Below the pieces are notes generated by a model. That model did no database searches, was not told the origin of the DNA, and was given only the letters and a program-made list of their open reading frames with translations. From Camelus ferus (taxonomy: Eukaryota), in the NCBI RefSeq assembly GCF_009834535.1, contig NC_045697.1:43774001-43838000 (forward strand): 64,000 nucleotides of DNA, read 5' to 3'. This document shows positions 11,666-54,104 of this stretch, one piece after another. The stretch's first letter is position 1. The number at the start of each line of letters is the position of its first letter. The position numbers were made by a program, and so were the translations under genes.

Positions 11666-14476
11666 CTTAGGGATTTTTACATTAGGAAAATCTTAATTTT
11701 CTAGACAGACAGGTGAAAAGATTATTATTTTCTGAAGATGCCCTGAAATCAGCTTTTGTTTTAGAAGTGTTTATATTTGTTGACCTGGTAAACCTTCTGT
11801 GAGTCCCTAAAAACCCAATGCCACTACTGAAAATCAACCCAAAAGCCACGTGGAAATGATACCACTTCATAATTATTAAATGATTCACATGAACTGGTCC
11901 CCCGTTCATTTGAAGATTTTTTAGTTCTAAATCATTATCGTCACATAATTTGTGAGTCACCAAATCTGGGTGATAGAGTGGAAAAATGCTGAACTTGGAA
12001 TCAAAAAGCCGAGTCTAAATTACAAGATTATTGTGAAGATTAAATGAGTAATAATAATGATAACATAATAATAACTCACCTGTTGAACATATATTTCATA
12101 TTGCTTATGGAGCTAGATGTGTTACATATATTAGGTTAATTGAGCCTCAAAAGAAGCACTGTGAAATATGCATTATTACACCCAGTTTCCAAGTGAGGAA
12201 ACTGAGGCTCTGGAAAGTTGGAAAACTGGCACAAGTTTCCACACCCTTCCACATTGCAGGGCTGGGGTGCATGTAGAAGGGCTCTAGCTGGGATGTGTAT
12301 AAGCTGGAACTTGCCGTAAAAATATAAGTTGTCTAATTATAAAGTGTCTCTGAAATGACAAGCTCTATTAATATTACCGTGTATTCCTCTCTCCTATGTG
12401 CCTGCATATTATCTTATGTTCTTCACTCTTACCTGGTGTAGGGGATCAAACTAACTTGGATCCAGGAGCCAGGAACTCATTTGATCTCAACCAACAGATC
12501 ATCGACCATCATTTATGCAAGTCGTTTTTCTTCACTTCCTCATTTATGTTTGCCCAGTTCCCATATTAGTAACTTGCATGTGGACCACACTGGCCCACAT
12601 CTCAGAATGTCACAAGGACTCACTGTCTAGAAAACTTGCAAAGATCAAATTTTTAAATCACCCAAGTATTCCAGAGAAAGTGGTGTGACTTCTGCCCCAA
12701 GACAACAGGAGCATGAGTGGGGTGGGGTGGGATATAGGAGCAATGTTATGACAAAGGCAGAAAAAGAACCCAGGCATCTGTTCTTCCACCTCCATATCTG
12801 CTGCCATATGATCTCCTGGGAGCTTGGTGTTTATATGTGAATTTTTTTCTTATGTACAATTGTAGGTTATAAACCTGATTCAGGTTACAAAATAGTAACT
12901 GATACATACACATAAAATCTCCAAACTGTAACCTTCCCTGATTAAATATACATTTAACTTTTTAATTGCTCAAGAATAGACAGATCTACGCAAATTAGAT
13001 ATAAATTTCAAAACAATCCATTTTTATTTATTGCTTTAGTGGTGGTGCAATCTAAGCAGAAAATTCTAAGGGTTTTGGTGTTGTTTGCTTACTCAACATT
13101 CATTGGATTCCTATTAAGTGCCAAGCATAGAGCCGTGAGCTTCGGTGAGTGCAGCAAACAAGGCAAACCCCATCTCTGCTTCCACAGAGTTTATAACCGA
13201 GCAGGTGAGGCCAACATGGAGCAATACAATACTAACAATGTGGTAAGTTCTAGCAAGTTCAGGATGCTGTAAGAGTGTGTGTCATGGGGGAATTCAGCTG
13301 TCTGGAGATTCAGGCAAAGCTTCTTTGAGGAAGTTACATTTCAGCTGAGACAGGCTGCCCATCTGCTCTGGGTTGTGTAACTGCCTTCCCATCCTGATTC
13401 TAACACTTGAACAAGTCAGTGTCTCAGAGTTTGGGTTCTCACATGTAAAGTGAGGATAATACCCACATATCAGTGTTGTGGGAATGAAAGCCAATACAGG
13501 CAGAGCACCCCTTGTGGTATCAGGCATATAGTGAGCCCTAAGTGCATGGTGCTTGTTATAATTACATATCAATGTAGGCATCAAAGGAAAACTGAAGAGA
13601 AGTTTGGCCAACAGCTAAACATAAATGTACAGAGGGGAAATTTGGCAAAGGCTCCAAATTCAAGGGATGGTTATTACCCCTCACTTGTATAAAGGCTTCA
13701 TGTCCTGGGTTTCAGATGTTGGAGGATCTAATACTTTAAAGCTGTGCTAAATATTGTTTTCATGAGAAACTGATAAGAAATTTTGGAGTTGACCTCTTTC
13801 TAGCTGTAGGTTAGCTATTGCCCAGGTCAGTTTTTGTTTTTTTGTTTTTTTTTGTTTTTTTTTTCAGGCCAAAGTAAGATGTCTGGGAAACAGCTCTCTG
13901 GCCAGAGAACACATGGTTAATCAGCTTTTGGCAGGCTCAAGTGACAGGCAAGTGTTCCGAAACCAGATGAGGAGGGGAAGCGATGAATGCTCACTGGAGG
14001 TTTTAGTTGAGGGTCAGAAGACCTGGCGCCACCGGCGGGGACCTGGAAGAGGGAACTGCTGGCGTCCTCACCAGGGCTCACTGGACAGTAAGCTTCAGGA
14101 AGCCGGATCCAGGATGCCCGGCGCTCCTCCCAGGCCTCCCTCCCCGGGCCTCCCTTCCCAGGCCTCCTGGGCGCTTGGATCCTGGCCATGTCTGCACCCT
14201 TCAAATGGGTGTGGGTGATTTCGTAAGTGGACGTGACCGCCACCGAGGGGAAAGCATGCAAGGAAGTGGCGGGAGGCGGAGCGGGGAGGAGAGGGAGCAG
14301 TGGGAGGGATGCCGGGCAAGAGTGGGAGGGATACAGGGCGCTGTGGGAGGGGTGAGGAGGAGTGAGAGAGTGGAGGAAAGGAGAAAAGGACGCCGTGGCC
14401 GGCCAGGAGGAAATGCGCGAGGTCTCGACTGTCGCTGCGCGGCCGCTCGCGAGTGGGACAACCGGGTGCGCCCGAG

Positions 14477-44015
<29,539 letters not shown>

Positions 44016-44744
44016 AGATGAAAGACATAAAGTGGCCCCGGGGATTTATTTTTGTCAAGTGTATTGATAAGAGAAAAGCAAAACTCAAGCTATAGGAAGG
44101 CGAGCAGATGCATTACAGATCAACTCATGGGAGCATCACAGAGCCACTGGGACACTCTCAGGCTAGATTTAGCACAGTATTTCGCTCTAAGTAGACCACT
44201 GCTAATAATAACACCCAGTGCCAAACACTATGCTTGTACTTTGCATGTACTATTTTTATTTAAGGTTATTAAAAATGTATACAAATGTTCCCAATACAGC
44301 CAGGAGGCAAGTAAATGAAGGATATATTATTTTAAGAAAGTGCTTAGATGTTTTTATTTTTCAAAAAAACCAGTTATTAGAAGATTGCCGGATTCTTTCC
44401 TCTCTATGCTATCTCAATGGGCTGCTGTCAGTCAAAGTTTACTACCACAACCTTCAAATCATCTATAAAAGAGAGACAATCTCTTTGCAGCTTAACAGAG
44501 AGCTAAATTCAGCCACTGCTTCTCTTCTCTCTGTTCTGGTCGTCTTTGTCAGAGGACAGATGCTTAGATGTAAAAGTATTTTTTAAAAAATGATTAATGA
44601 CAATTCAGAGGGAAGGGATTATGTAAACTTCAAATATAATATTTTCAAATGTCTGTAAGTGAAATTGATTTACCAAGAGGAGAAAACTTAGTTCAATACA
44701 GTATAACCATCCCGATTAATGTTTACCTTTAATCTACCTTAATG

Positions 44745-45215
44745 TTCTTGTTTTAGTTGGCTGCAAGTAACAGAAAACCTTGATTCCAGTGGCTTAAACC
44801 TCAAGAACATGTATGAACCCACATAACGAGAAGTTCAAGCACGGTGAGCTCCACAGCTCCGTTTGTCATCACGGAATCAGGCTCCTTCCATCTCTCTGCT
44901 CTGTCACCTTTAGTGTTGGTTTGATTCTCAAGCTGCTGGCATGATGGCTGTAGCTATTCCATGGGCCTGTTCAGCAGCAGCCAGAGCAAGAAGATGAGCA
45001 ATTTTTTCTTTCTCCTTCATAGACTTGAAGGACCCTTTCTCAGGGGTTCTCTCAGCAAACCTCTCCTCATGTCTCCTCGCGTCTTATTGGTCAGGAATGT
45101 GTTGCGTGGCCACTCCCTCCAGCCACTGCCAACATCAGTGAGATCCCTACCACTGTCTCCTCTGGAATCTTTTGGAATGAAGAGGCTGTTGGGAAGTCCA
45201 TGACACTGACCACTA
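44745..45215. mobile_element. Old MaLR (MLT1-type) LTR within the presumed HPSE 3' UTR
   Basis: ttggctgcaagtaacagaaaacc..cagtggcttaaac; ggctccttccatctctctgctctg. Confidence 0.6.
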
Positions 45216-45430
45216 CAGTTCTGTGCTTTTTATCAGTGACAGAATGTGTTATTTTTTCTCTTGTGTCTTAATTCTTAGAAATATAATTCTTTTTATATTT
45301 ATGCCTGCTGTGAATATTGTCACAATTAAATTTAAGTACATTTATAAGAGCTAAAGCTCGAACTCAAAGTTTGGATGCTTTAATATCCTTAAGTTTTATA
45401 CGTATGTGGTTTTTATATTTTCACATTTGA

Positions 45431-45481
45431 AATAAAGTAATTTTTATAACCTCAATATTGCATGATTATTCTTTTAATAAA
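45431..45481 (+). terminator. HPSE: Candidate HPSE polyadenylation signals (AATAAA at 45431 and 45476), implying a 3' UTR of about 1.45 kb
   Basis: Two AATAAA hexamers in a U-rich context with T/GT-rich sequence downstream. Usage cannot be shown from sequence. Confidence 0.55.
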
Positions 45482-46938
45482 GCTTAAACTTACAGAGCCC
45501 TTGTTTTCCTTCACCACTTTGTGTACACCGCCTACCCTTTGTCCTTTCAGCCTCCCTTACACCAAAAGTTGACTTTGAAGAAAAGGGATCATCAGACATA
45601 AACACGATTTCCTCCCTCATCATGTAGATTCAATCATGATCAAAGTTCTGTCCTAGTTTTCTTTTCCGTGTCCCCTCTGCCATTTAAGAAGTTCAAGGCT
45701 TAATTTTTCACTTGTATTATTGTAATAATCTCCTAATTGTTCTCCCCGATTTTGCTTAAAATTCTTAAACGGTTCTCCACTTCCCATAGCATATAAGGTC
45801 CTCCACAGCCTGGCACCTGCTGTTTCCTTCAGCCTTAACTCATTACCTTCCCTATGGATTCTGGCCTCCAACCCGCACATTGGTTGAGAAGTCTGGACCT
45901 ACAGCCTCTTTAAATTTTGTTCCTGTACCTTTTAACTTTTGTTCCTGTGTTGCTCCTTCTGCTCTCCACCTGGACTTCTAACTCCCCTCTCTATGTGGCA
46001 GACTTATATTTCTTAAGATGCAACTCAAATAGTTCCAATGCCTCCCCTATCGTTCAGGTGGCTTGAGTCACATCTTCTTTGCTTCTACAGCAGTTACAAC
46101 GTTTACTGTGGCATTCTTGTTGCATCTTAATTGTGTCTGTTTATCTTTTTAACTTGACTCTATGCTTGTAAGAAAGAGGTACAATATCTTATTCATCTTT
46201 GTATTCCCTGTGCTTAGCATATTGTCTGGCACACAGTAGCCCTTCAGATGTTTCCTTAATGACAGAGAAGAACATTCAAATTTGAAACTACCTTAGATAT
46301 TTTGATTTTGTACATACAGAAAAATGTAGTGGTGTTTCAAACCTCAAAAGGTATTGTCTGCTATCATCAAAAAGTCTTTTTAAAATTATCCCTAGAAAGC
46401 TCTTACTAGTGGTGGGTGATTATGTGAAGAATACGGGCATAGTTATGTGAAGAAAGGAATGCTCTTAGTTGTATATTAATGAATATTAAGTGCATTATTA
46501 TTAGGGTTTTCTTAAACTTTTTTAGAGGAAGCTTCTTGCTTGTCATGTCAGTGAGAGTTTTGAGCCCACACACTTTAATTTAATCAATCAAATACATATA
46601 TTTTCTGCAACTTATTATATTGGCTCAAAATTATTTCTGTCTTTTAGTTTCACCTTTGTGGTTCATTTCATCTCCATGACAATGGGAGTTTCCAAGTCTT
46701 GCTGTGAAAATTGTGTGTGTCAGTCGGTAAATGCACCCATTTTCTCTTTCTTTTTTTAAAACTTCTGATGTGTCTCATCAACCTGTAAAAACACCTCATA
46801 GTTGGTAAGTCTTTTAATTATTCTTCTAACCTGAATTTTGATGACCAACAAAACTAACATAAATACCATCTATTTTATCTGACAATGCAATACAAAATCA
46901 AACCAGGGGCATTCAAAACTAAAATTAAATGGTAATGA

Positions 46939-47721
46939 TGAAAAACAGCAGAGATTCCTTAAAAAAACTAAAAATGGAGTTACCATATGATCCAGCAATC
47001 CTACTCCTGGGCATATATCTAGGGGAAACTCCAATTCAAAAAGATACATGCACCCCAATGTTCACAGTAGTACTATTTACAATAGCCAAGACATGAAACA
47101 ACCTAAATATGCATCAACAGATGACTGGATAAAGAAGTTGTGGCATATTTATACAATGGATTACTACTTAGCCATAAAAAAGAAAAAATAATGCCATTGG
47201 CAGCAACACGGATGGACCTGGAGATTGTCATTCTAAGTGAAGTAAGCCAGAAAGAAAAAGAAAAATGCCAGATAATACCACTCACATGTGGAATCTAAAA
47301 AAAGAAAAAAGATGCTAATGAACTTATCTACAAAACAGACTTGCAGACATAGTAAACAATCTTATGGTTACTAGGGGGAAAGGCGGTGGGAAGGGATAAA
47401 TCGGGGGTTTGAGATTTGCAAATATTAACTAGTATATATAAAATAGATAAACAACAAGTTTCTTCTGTGTAGCACAGGGAACTATATTCAATATCTTGTA
47501 GTAACCTATAATGAAAAAGAATATGAAAACAAATATATGTATGACTAAAACATTATGCTGTATGCCAGAAACTGACACATTGTAAACTGACTATATTTCA
47601 AACTATATTCAGTATCTTATAGTTTATAATGAAAAAGAATATATATATAACTGAATCACTATGCAGTACACCAGAAACTAACACAATATTGTAAATTAAC
47701 TATACTTCAATTAAAAAAATT
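46939..47721 (+). mobile_element. 5'-truncated L1 with a doubled 3' terminus; 17-bp TSD AAATTAAATGGTA(A/G)TGA (46922-46938, 47722-47738)
   Basis: gagttaccatatgatccagcaatcc, aaagatacatgcaccccaatgttcac, ggatggacctggagattgtcattctaagtgaagtaagccag. Confidence 0.92.
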
Positions 47722-48498
47722 AAATTAAATGGTAGTGAAAGAAATAACTAGTTTCCACTGTAGAAGAATATGTTACACATGATATGGAGACCACCTCATG
47801 TACTGTGTGCCTTAGAAAAACGTAGTGTGACCATTCCTGTACTCACTCCATCTCTAGGTCAGAGATTTGTGTTTTTTTCCCAAGGGTAAGGTACTTCTGT
47901 CTTGTCCTTTTCCAATTTTATACCATTCTCAATTCTACAGACTTATAGGTTGGAAAGCCCTGGAGCAATTTAGATACTTAAATATTTAACAGTATTCTTA
48001 AAAAATCTTCCCTATTATTGTCATTAAATGCTGTAAGTTTTTATAATATCTTTGATTTAAATTGAATTTGTTCTTTATTTTTATACATTTGATGATAGTC
48101 CACTAGTTTTTTAATTGGTTTTTAGGTTACTTTATTAAATGCAACTTATATATTTATTTAAATTCTCATAGACCTTTCAAAGAATAACAAGGCTAGTTTA
48201 TCTGATTTTGCAGCACTCCAAACTTAAGGCATATTTACATATTTAACATAGTCTTCCTAAACACACTTTAAAAAAATTCTTATACATCTAATAAATTTAC
48301 AAATTTACTACAGCAAGTTCTCTAAGCATTTAAACATCTCAAAAAACAAACAACATTGATAGAAAAACCTATATATATACAATTTGTACAAAAATGTCAT
48401 TTTCTCATGCCAAAGTTACAAATTTACCCCCATAGCCAGAGTTAACAGAATTACCAGTTCAGGTCCTCTACACCAAGTAAGGTAACAATTAGCCTTTT

Positions 48499-48836
48499 TT
48501 TAATTAAAAAAATTTTTATTGAAGTACAGTTGACTTACAATGTTGTGTTAGTTTCTAGTGTACAGCATAGTGATTCAGTTATACATATTCTTTTTCATTA
48601 TAGGTTATTATAAGCTATTAAATATAGTTCCCTGCTCTATACAGTAGGGCCTTGTTTATTTATGCTGTATATAGTAGTTTGTATCTGCTAATCCCAAACT
48701 CCAAACTTATCCGTGACCTCCCCTTCCCCCACGGTAACCATAAGTTTGTTCTCTATGTTTGTGAGTCTCTTCTGTTTTGTAAATAAGTTCATTTGTGTCA
48801 TTCTTTTTTTTAGACTCCACATATAAGTGATATCAT
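48499..48836 (-). mobile_element. L1 3' end, TSD AATTAGC(C)TTTT (48487-48498, 48837-48847)
   Basis: tttattgaagtacagttgacttacaatgttgtgttagtttc. Confidence 0.85.
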
Positions 48837-49570
48837 AATTAGCTTTTGATTAGAGTCTAGAAACAGGCTATAGAACCACTAGTGTGTTGGGTTCAACCCC
48901 TTCCTATGCTTAGGTGTCAGATGTTGGGGTCAATAAAAGCAAAGCCTGAGATAAGGACTTGGGGTCCACTGGTTTATTTGAGAGGTGCTCTCAGGAAGCA
49001 AGCATGAGAGATCAGGGAGAGTGAGATGGAGGAGATCAGGGAGAGTGAGACTGAGATCTGTTGTTGGGTTTGCTGAGGTAGACAATGAGAAATCAGTTTC
49101 ACCAGTATGCCGATAAACATGTGGATGCTTTTCATAATTTTTCCCTGATTAGTCTCATATTTCTTAGCACCTCTCATTTTATAGTCACTTTATTGTCAAT
49201 TACAATTTCAGTAAAGAAAACCAACTTCACATAAAATAGTTTTAAGGACTGAAGCATTATAGTTATTGATTCTACTATTGAAGCTAGAAAGTCACTTTTA
49301 CAAATTCAACATCTATTTTGGAAGTCAAATGATACTTTTTAAAATCTAAAACACCTCTAGGACTCAGCTCCAAAATTCAGATGAAAAATAGTGGAGAAGA
49401 AAAATTGTTCTAAAGATCAAATATTATGATGAATGCAGAATTGCTTAAAAAATGTAAATCTGTAAAAATGAATGGTGCATATAGAGTGAAGTGTTTGGCT
49501 GATTCATCACTTAAGCAAATATTTGTGGAATGAATGAATTCATTCACCAACTACTAGGTGTTATGTTCCC

Positions 49571-49941
49571 ATATTAGGCAGGTTTCTCCTGAGATTTATG
49601 ATGTATTTTAAGGAACTGGCTCACAGGATTATGGAGGCTGTAAACCCAAAATCTGCAGGGTAGGCCAGGAGGCTTCTGACGCAGGAAAAAACCAATGTTG
49701 CAGTAAAGTCTGAAGGTCAATTGCCTGCAGAATTCCTTTTTGCTTGAGGGAGATCAGTCTTTTGCTCTATATACAAGGTCTTCAAATGATTGGACAAGGC
49801 CCACCCACATTACAAAGGGCAATCTGCTTTACTCAAAGTCTATCATTTTAAATGTTAATCTCATGAAAACATCCAGAATAATATTTGACCAATCATCTGG
49901 GCACCATAGCTCAGCCAAGTTGACACATAAAATTAACCATC
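49571..49941. mobile_element. MLT2-type (ERVL) solo LTR
   Basis: aaggaactggctcacaggattatggaggctg ... agccaagttgacacataaaattaaccatc. Confidence 0.8.
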
Positions 49942-51887
49942 CTGCTTCCAATGGGTAATAAGTTTAAAAAAACAGAGAGCCCCTTCCCCCAGGTATTCAC
50001 AGTCCAGATTGAGGGATTAGAGCCTTGTAGATTTGTTTTGTTTTGTTTTGTTTTTGAAGAGACAATCCAGTCTCTGCTATTTCTTAATAGTTCATAGCAG
50101 ACAGTGCCTTGGCAATAAAGTCTAGGGGTACCCAGAAAGTTGGGGATCCCCCCTATGTGACTGTTCTACTGTCCCATAAATTTACAGAGTGACATTTGTG
50201 TACTTCCCTCAGTCTCCTGTACATTTCAATTGGCCCATTTTTTTTTTTTTGAAACCCATCACCTCTGGGCAGTGCCAGCATCATAGGTATGATCTATGCA
50301 GTCACTCAACAGTCTCTGCTCAGAAGGACCTCGTGCTTGGTTTCATGTCTTGCAAGAGCCATTTTGAAAATGACTCTGCATTTTCATTTTGCACCGGGCC
50401 CCCCAAATTATGTAGCTAGTCCAGTCTCAGGGTACTGGATAAAGAATGAGTCACTGAACCTTCAAATCTGAAGTTCATATCTATCAAATCCCCCCAGCAT
50501 CTATATTCTCTGTTAGATTTACGTCTGATCTCACTCTCTACCATTTTTTAAACACTTATCTTCCCATCTTTCTTATACAACTTTGAACTTTTCTGCCCAG
50601 GCACTATGGTTTATAAGCATTCTTACAGCTTTTATGAAAATCAGCAATATAACTGAGTAAAAACAGAAATATCTAATGCTATTTTAGGAATCTAGCCCAA
50701 GGAAATAGTATGGCTGAAAATTTACCTAAGAGCATGGTTAGGGGGAAAAGTTACTATAGTATTGAAAAACTAAAAACTGTCTAACTGCCCAAGAGAATGG
50801 CTAAATAAATCATGATATACCCAAATGAGGGATTATTTTACAGCCATTTTTGGAACAATATGTAGTGACAGGGAAGATGCTCATAATACTTTAAGTTAGG
50901 AAAACTGAGAAAACTTTCTACATAGAGGTTACTCTCAGAAGTTATGGAAAAGATTTAAAATTCCTAGAATGGAATACAGTATCTGCTTAACAATAGTGTC
51001 AGTAACAAAGTTCAGATGTTTATACTTTCAGTCTTGTTCTCTACACTTCAGTTCAACAAATGTATCATTTCCTACCATAAGAACGACTCTGTGCGGGATG
51101 CCACCAGAGACTCAAATGTGAATATATCCCATGGGTTCTTTCCAGTTCTTATTTTACTAGAAGGATTTGATACTATTGACCACTTCTCTTTCCTGAAATA
51201 ATCTCTCTTGGTTCCATGACACCATCTCTCCTGTCCTTACACTCGTGTCTCTAGCTGCCCCTTCACTGTACCTTTCTTGGGTTTCTGTTCGTCTGCCTAT
51301 CTTACATGATGGAGTTTCTTATATGATGGACAGATGACTCCATCTCAACCCTCTTGTCTCACAATCCATTCTTCCTGATTGAAATCAAGTACTATCACCC
51401 TATAGTTACAGGAATGGGCCATGGTCTCTTTTGTTCTCTGCTGAATTTTTAATATTCATCTTTATTAATTCTATCCTGAATGTGAACACATGGTGTTTAG
51501 ATCAGAGACAGATTATCACTGTTCATTGATAGTGAGGTTCCCCACATCCCAATCCTTACTCCTGGAGCAACACAATGAAAGCCAGGTCAAATGCCCTCTG
51601 CATATAAGCCACAAAGTCTGTATCACAAGTGAGGAATGGAGGAAAATGGACTTTCTATGCTTATACACAGGAAAAAAAAGGCAGGTGCCTCCCCTACTCT
51701 TCATGAAAAAAGGGAGAAAAATCTTTGCTCATTGGAGACAGGATGGAAAGGATTGTGGGCTCTCACATTAACTTTCCGGAAGGTAAATAAAATCTCTCCA
51801 GGGCCTCTGCATGCTTCCAAGTCTCATTTTCTTTGAAATGTCACACCTAGGGAGATAGTGTTCCAGTCTTTCTGGCACCTTGGTAAT

Positions 51888-52620
51888 TTGTGGTATAATA
51901 AAAAAACATTTATTTGGTCTTTGCCACTGGTTCCTGGCACAAAGCCTCAGAAGCCCTTGGAATTTCCTGAGTAATAGGAGTGTCTTTTGTATTCACAGGA
52001 GTCCTTTTCTACCAGATATGAGTTTATACTAATGAGTTGACTCAAGGTAGACTCTCAGATAGTTTCAAGGGAGGGTGGCCACCCACTAAAACTTTCAGCC
52101 CCATTCCTGAATCTCAGGAGACAGGAGGGAGGCTGGAGAGAGGAGGGAAGCTGGAGACTGAGTTCAATCACTGTTGGCCAATGATTTAATCAATCACGCC
52201 TATGCAATGAAACCTTGGTAAACTCTGGAACAAGATTCAGAGAGCTTCCTGGTTGTTGAACACACGGATGTGCCAGGAGGGTGGTGAACTTTGACTCTAT
52301 GGGGACAGAAGCTCCTGTGCTTGGGACTCTTTTGAACCTTGCCCTATATACCTCTTTATCTGATTGTTCATTTGCATCTTTTATAAGAAATTGCAACCAT
52401 AAGGATAGTTCTTTCTTGAGTTATGTGAATCATGCTAGAGAATTATCACACCTGAGAGAGGGTCAGGGGAAATCCCTGAATTTGTGATCAGCCAGATGAA
52501 GTGCAGTTAACCTGAGACTCCATTTGTGGCTGGCTTCTGAAGTAGCGGCGGTTTTATGGGACTGAATACATATCTTAAAGGGTCCATGACAGCTCTGGCC
52601 AGTTAGTATCAGAATTGATC
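51888..52620 (+). mobile_element. MER21-like LTR
   Basis: ggtctttgccactggttcctggcacaaagc...cccttggaatttcctgagt; ccaatgatttaatcaatcacgccta. Confidence 0.75.
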
Positions 52621-52989
52621 TGGCCATTCTGGAAGTTCCAGTTTTCTCTGTGCCTCCCCTGAGTTCTTTTCCTCAGAGATAGAACAGCACACAGCATTCT
52701 TACTTCACATTTAAACCTCCTCAAAATGATGAAAAGCAAAGGAAAAGGTGGGGTCCTTCTCTCAAAGGTGGAATCTTTCCCTCAAACCTATAGAAATACA
52801 CACTGAGGGGCTTCCAAGAAGTATAACTAAGAATCATGTTACATAGGTAATTTCTACTTTGGGGACAATCTAAGTGCATGATACTCCTACAGAAATCCAT
52901 CTTTCCAAAGGCTAAGACAATGTCAATTGAATTTGAGATGTCTTTGTTGATTTTGAGAATCCCACTTAAAAAAAAAAAGGCATTGAAAC

Positions 52990-53326
52990 TGTTAAAAGGT
53001 AAACTAACGCGTAATAAATATTTAAATTTTTTTTTTTTTGAAATATTTATCTATTCGAACAAGGCTGCACCAAACTGGAAGTAGTTAGGAACACTCCTCG
53101 GACAGGAGCCAGGGGAAAGACATATGCAAAAAGTGTGGAAAGAGAAAAAAGAAAGAAAAAGAAATTATTTGATTGGCTGGGGTTTAAAGCCTAGTTGGTT
53201 CTTTGTGACCGGCTGTCCTTAGCATTCTGATTTCCTAATCTTGAGGCTTAGATCTGGGTTTAGTAATTTAGGCAGCCACAGCATAGAATCATGTCAGTCC
53301 TGTGGCCTCATTTAATTAACTTAATA
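52990..53326. mobile_element. ERV1-type solo LTR, 4-bp TSD AAAC
   Basis: aaac|TGTTAAAA...TTAATA|aaac; termini resemble those of the 6202-6588 element. Confidence 0.6.
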
Positions 53327-54104
53327 AAACACATGGAGGAGGATGGCTCTAGGGTCAGGAGGCCCCCTCTAGCAATGTTGGCCCTTGGCCTAAACATCTT
53401 ACCTATCCCCCAAGCACAGAAGACACCCTATGAAGACCCATATACCCAAAGAGTACCCTTATTCCAGGGCCAGTGCAGCCTCAGAAGCTCTCTATTGTCC
53501 TCCAGTCAGGGTTGCAAGAACTCCTGCCCCTGTACAGCAGATCCCACCCAGCAAAATATTGTAACTTTTGCAACTGGGAAAGGACAGGTAGGAAAAGCCC
53601 AGGCCGGATGGCTGAGTCAGCAAGGGCTGCCACTTCAGAACTTCCCTCATTCCCCAGAGGCAGGCATACACGTCATTAACTGAGCTGCTTATCTGATATG
53701 AGTCTGTTTCTGGCTGCGGAAGAGAGGCAGTGTGTGGGTTACTGTTAATCATTGCCCTCCAGTTATGTGTCCTTAAAATGAGCTCATCCGTTTCCAACTT
53801 CTGAAAGAGTAAGCTTCAAAGCCAGCTGGCAAAAGTAGGCTTCAGGGTGCTACTGCTCTGTCTCACCTTGGAGCATGTCTTTCATTTTTACAAGAAATAT
53901 CCTAAGCTGAGTCTAGTGACCTGATTGCAAACATTTGCCTATTAGTCTGTTACTTTAAGGAAGGAAGAAGAGAATTTATGCACATAGAGTTTCTGTTAGG
54001 GCTAGAATTGATTTACCTTTAAGTCCTCTTCTGATAATACATAATATTTTTATATAGAATATATATTTATGAATATTTATATATCTATATAATATTGTCC
54101 TATA

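Noticed and set aside
44016..45430. AU-rich element cluster in the HPSE 3' UTR
   Set aside because: Only scattered single ATTTA pentamers in AT-rich DNA; not distinguishable from background.
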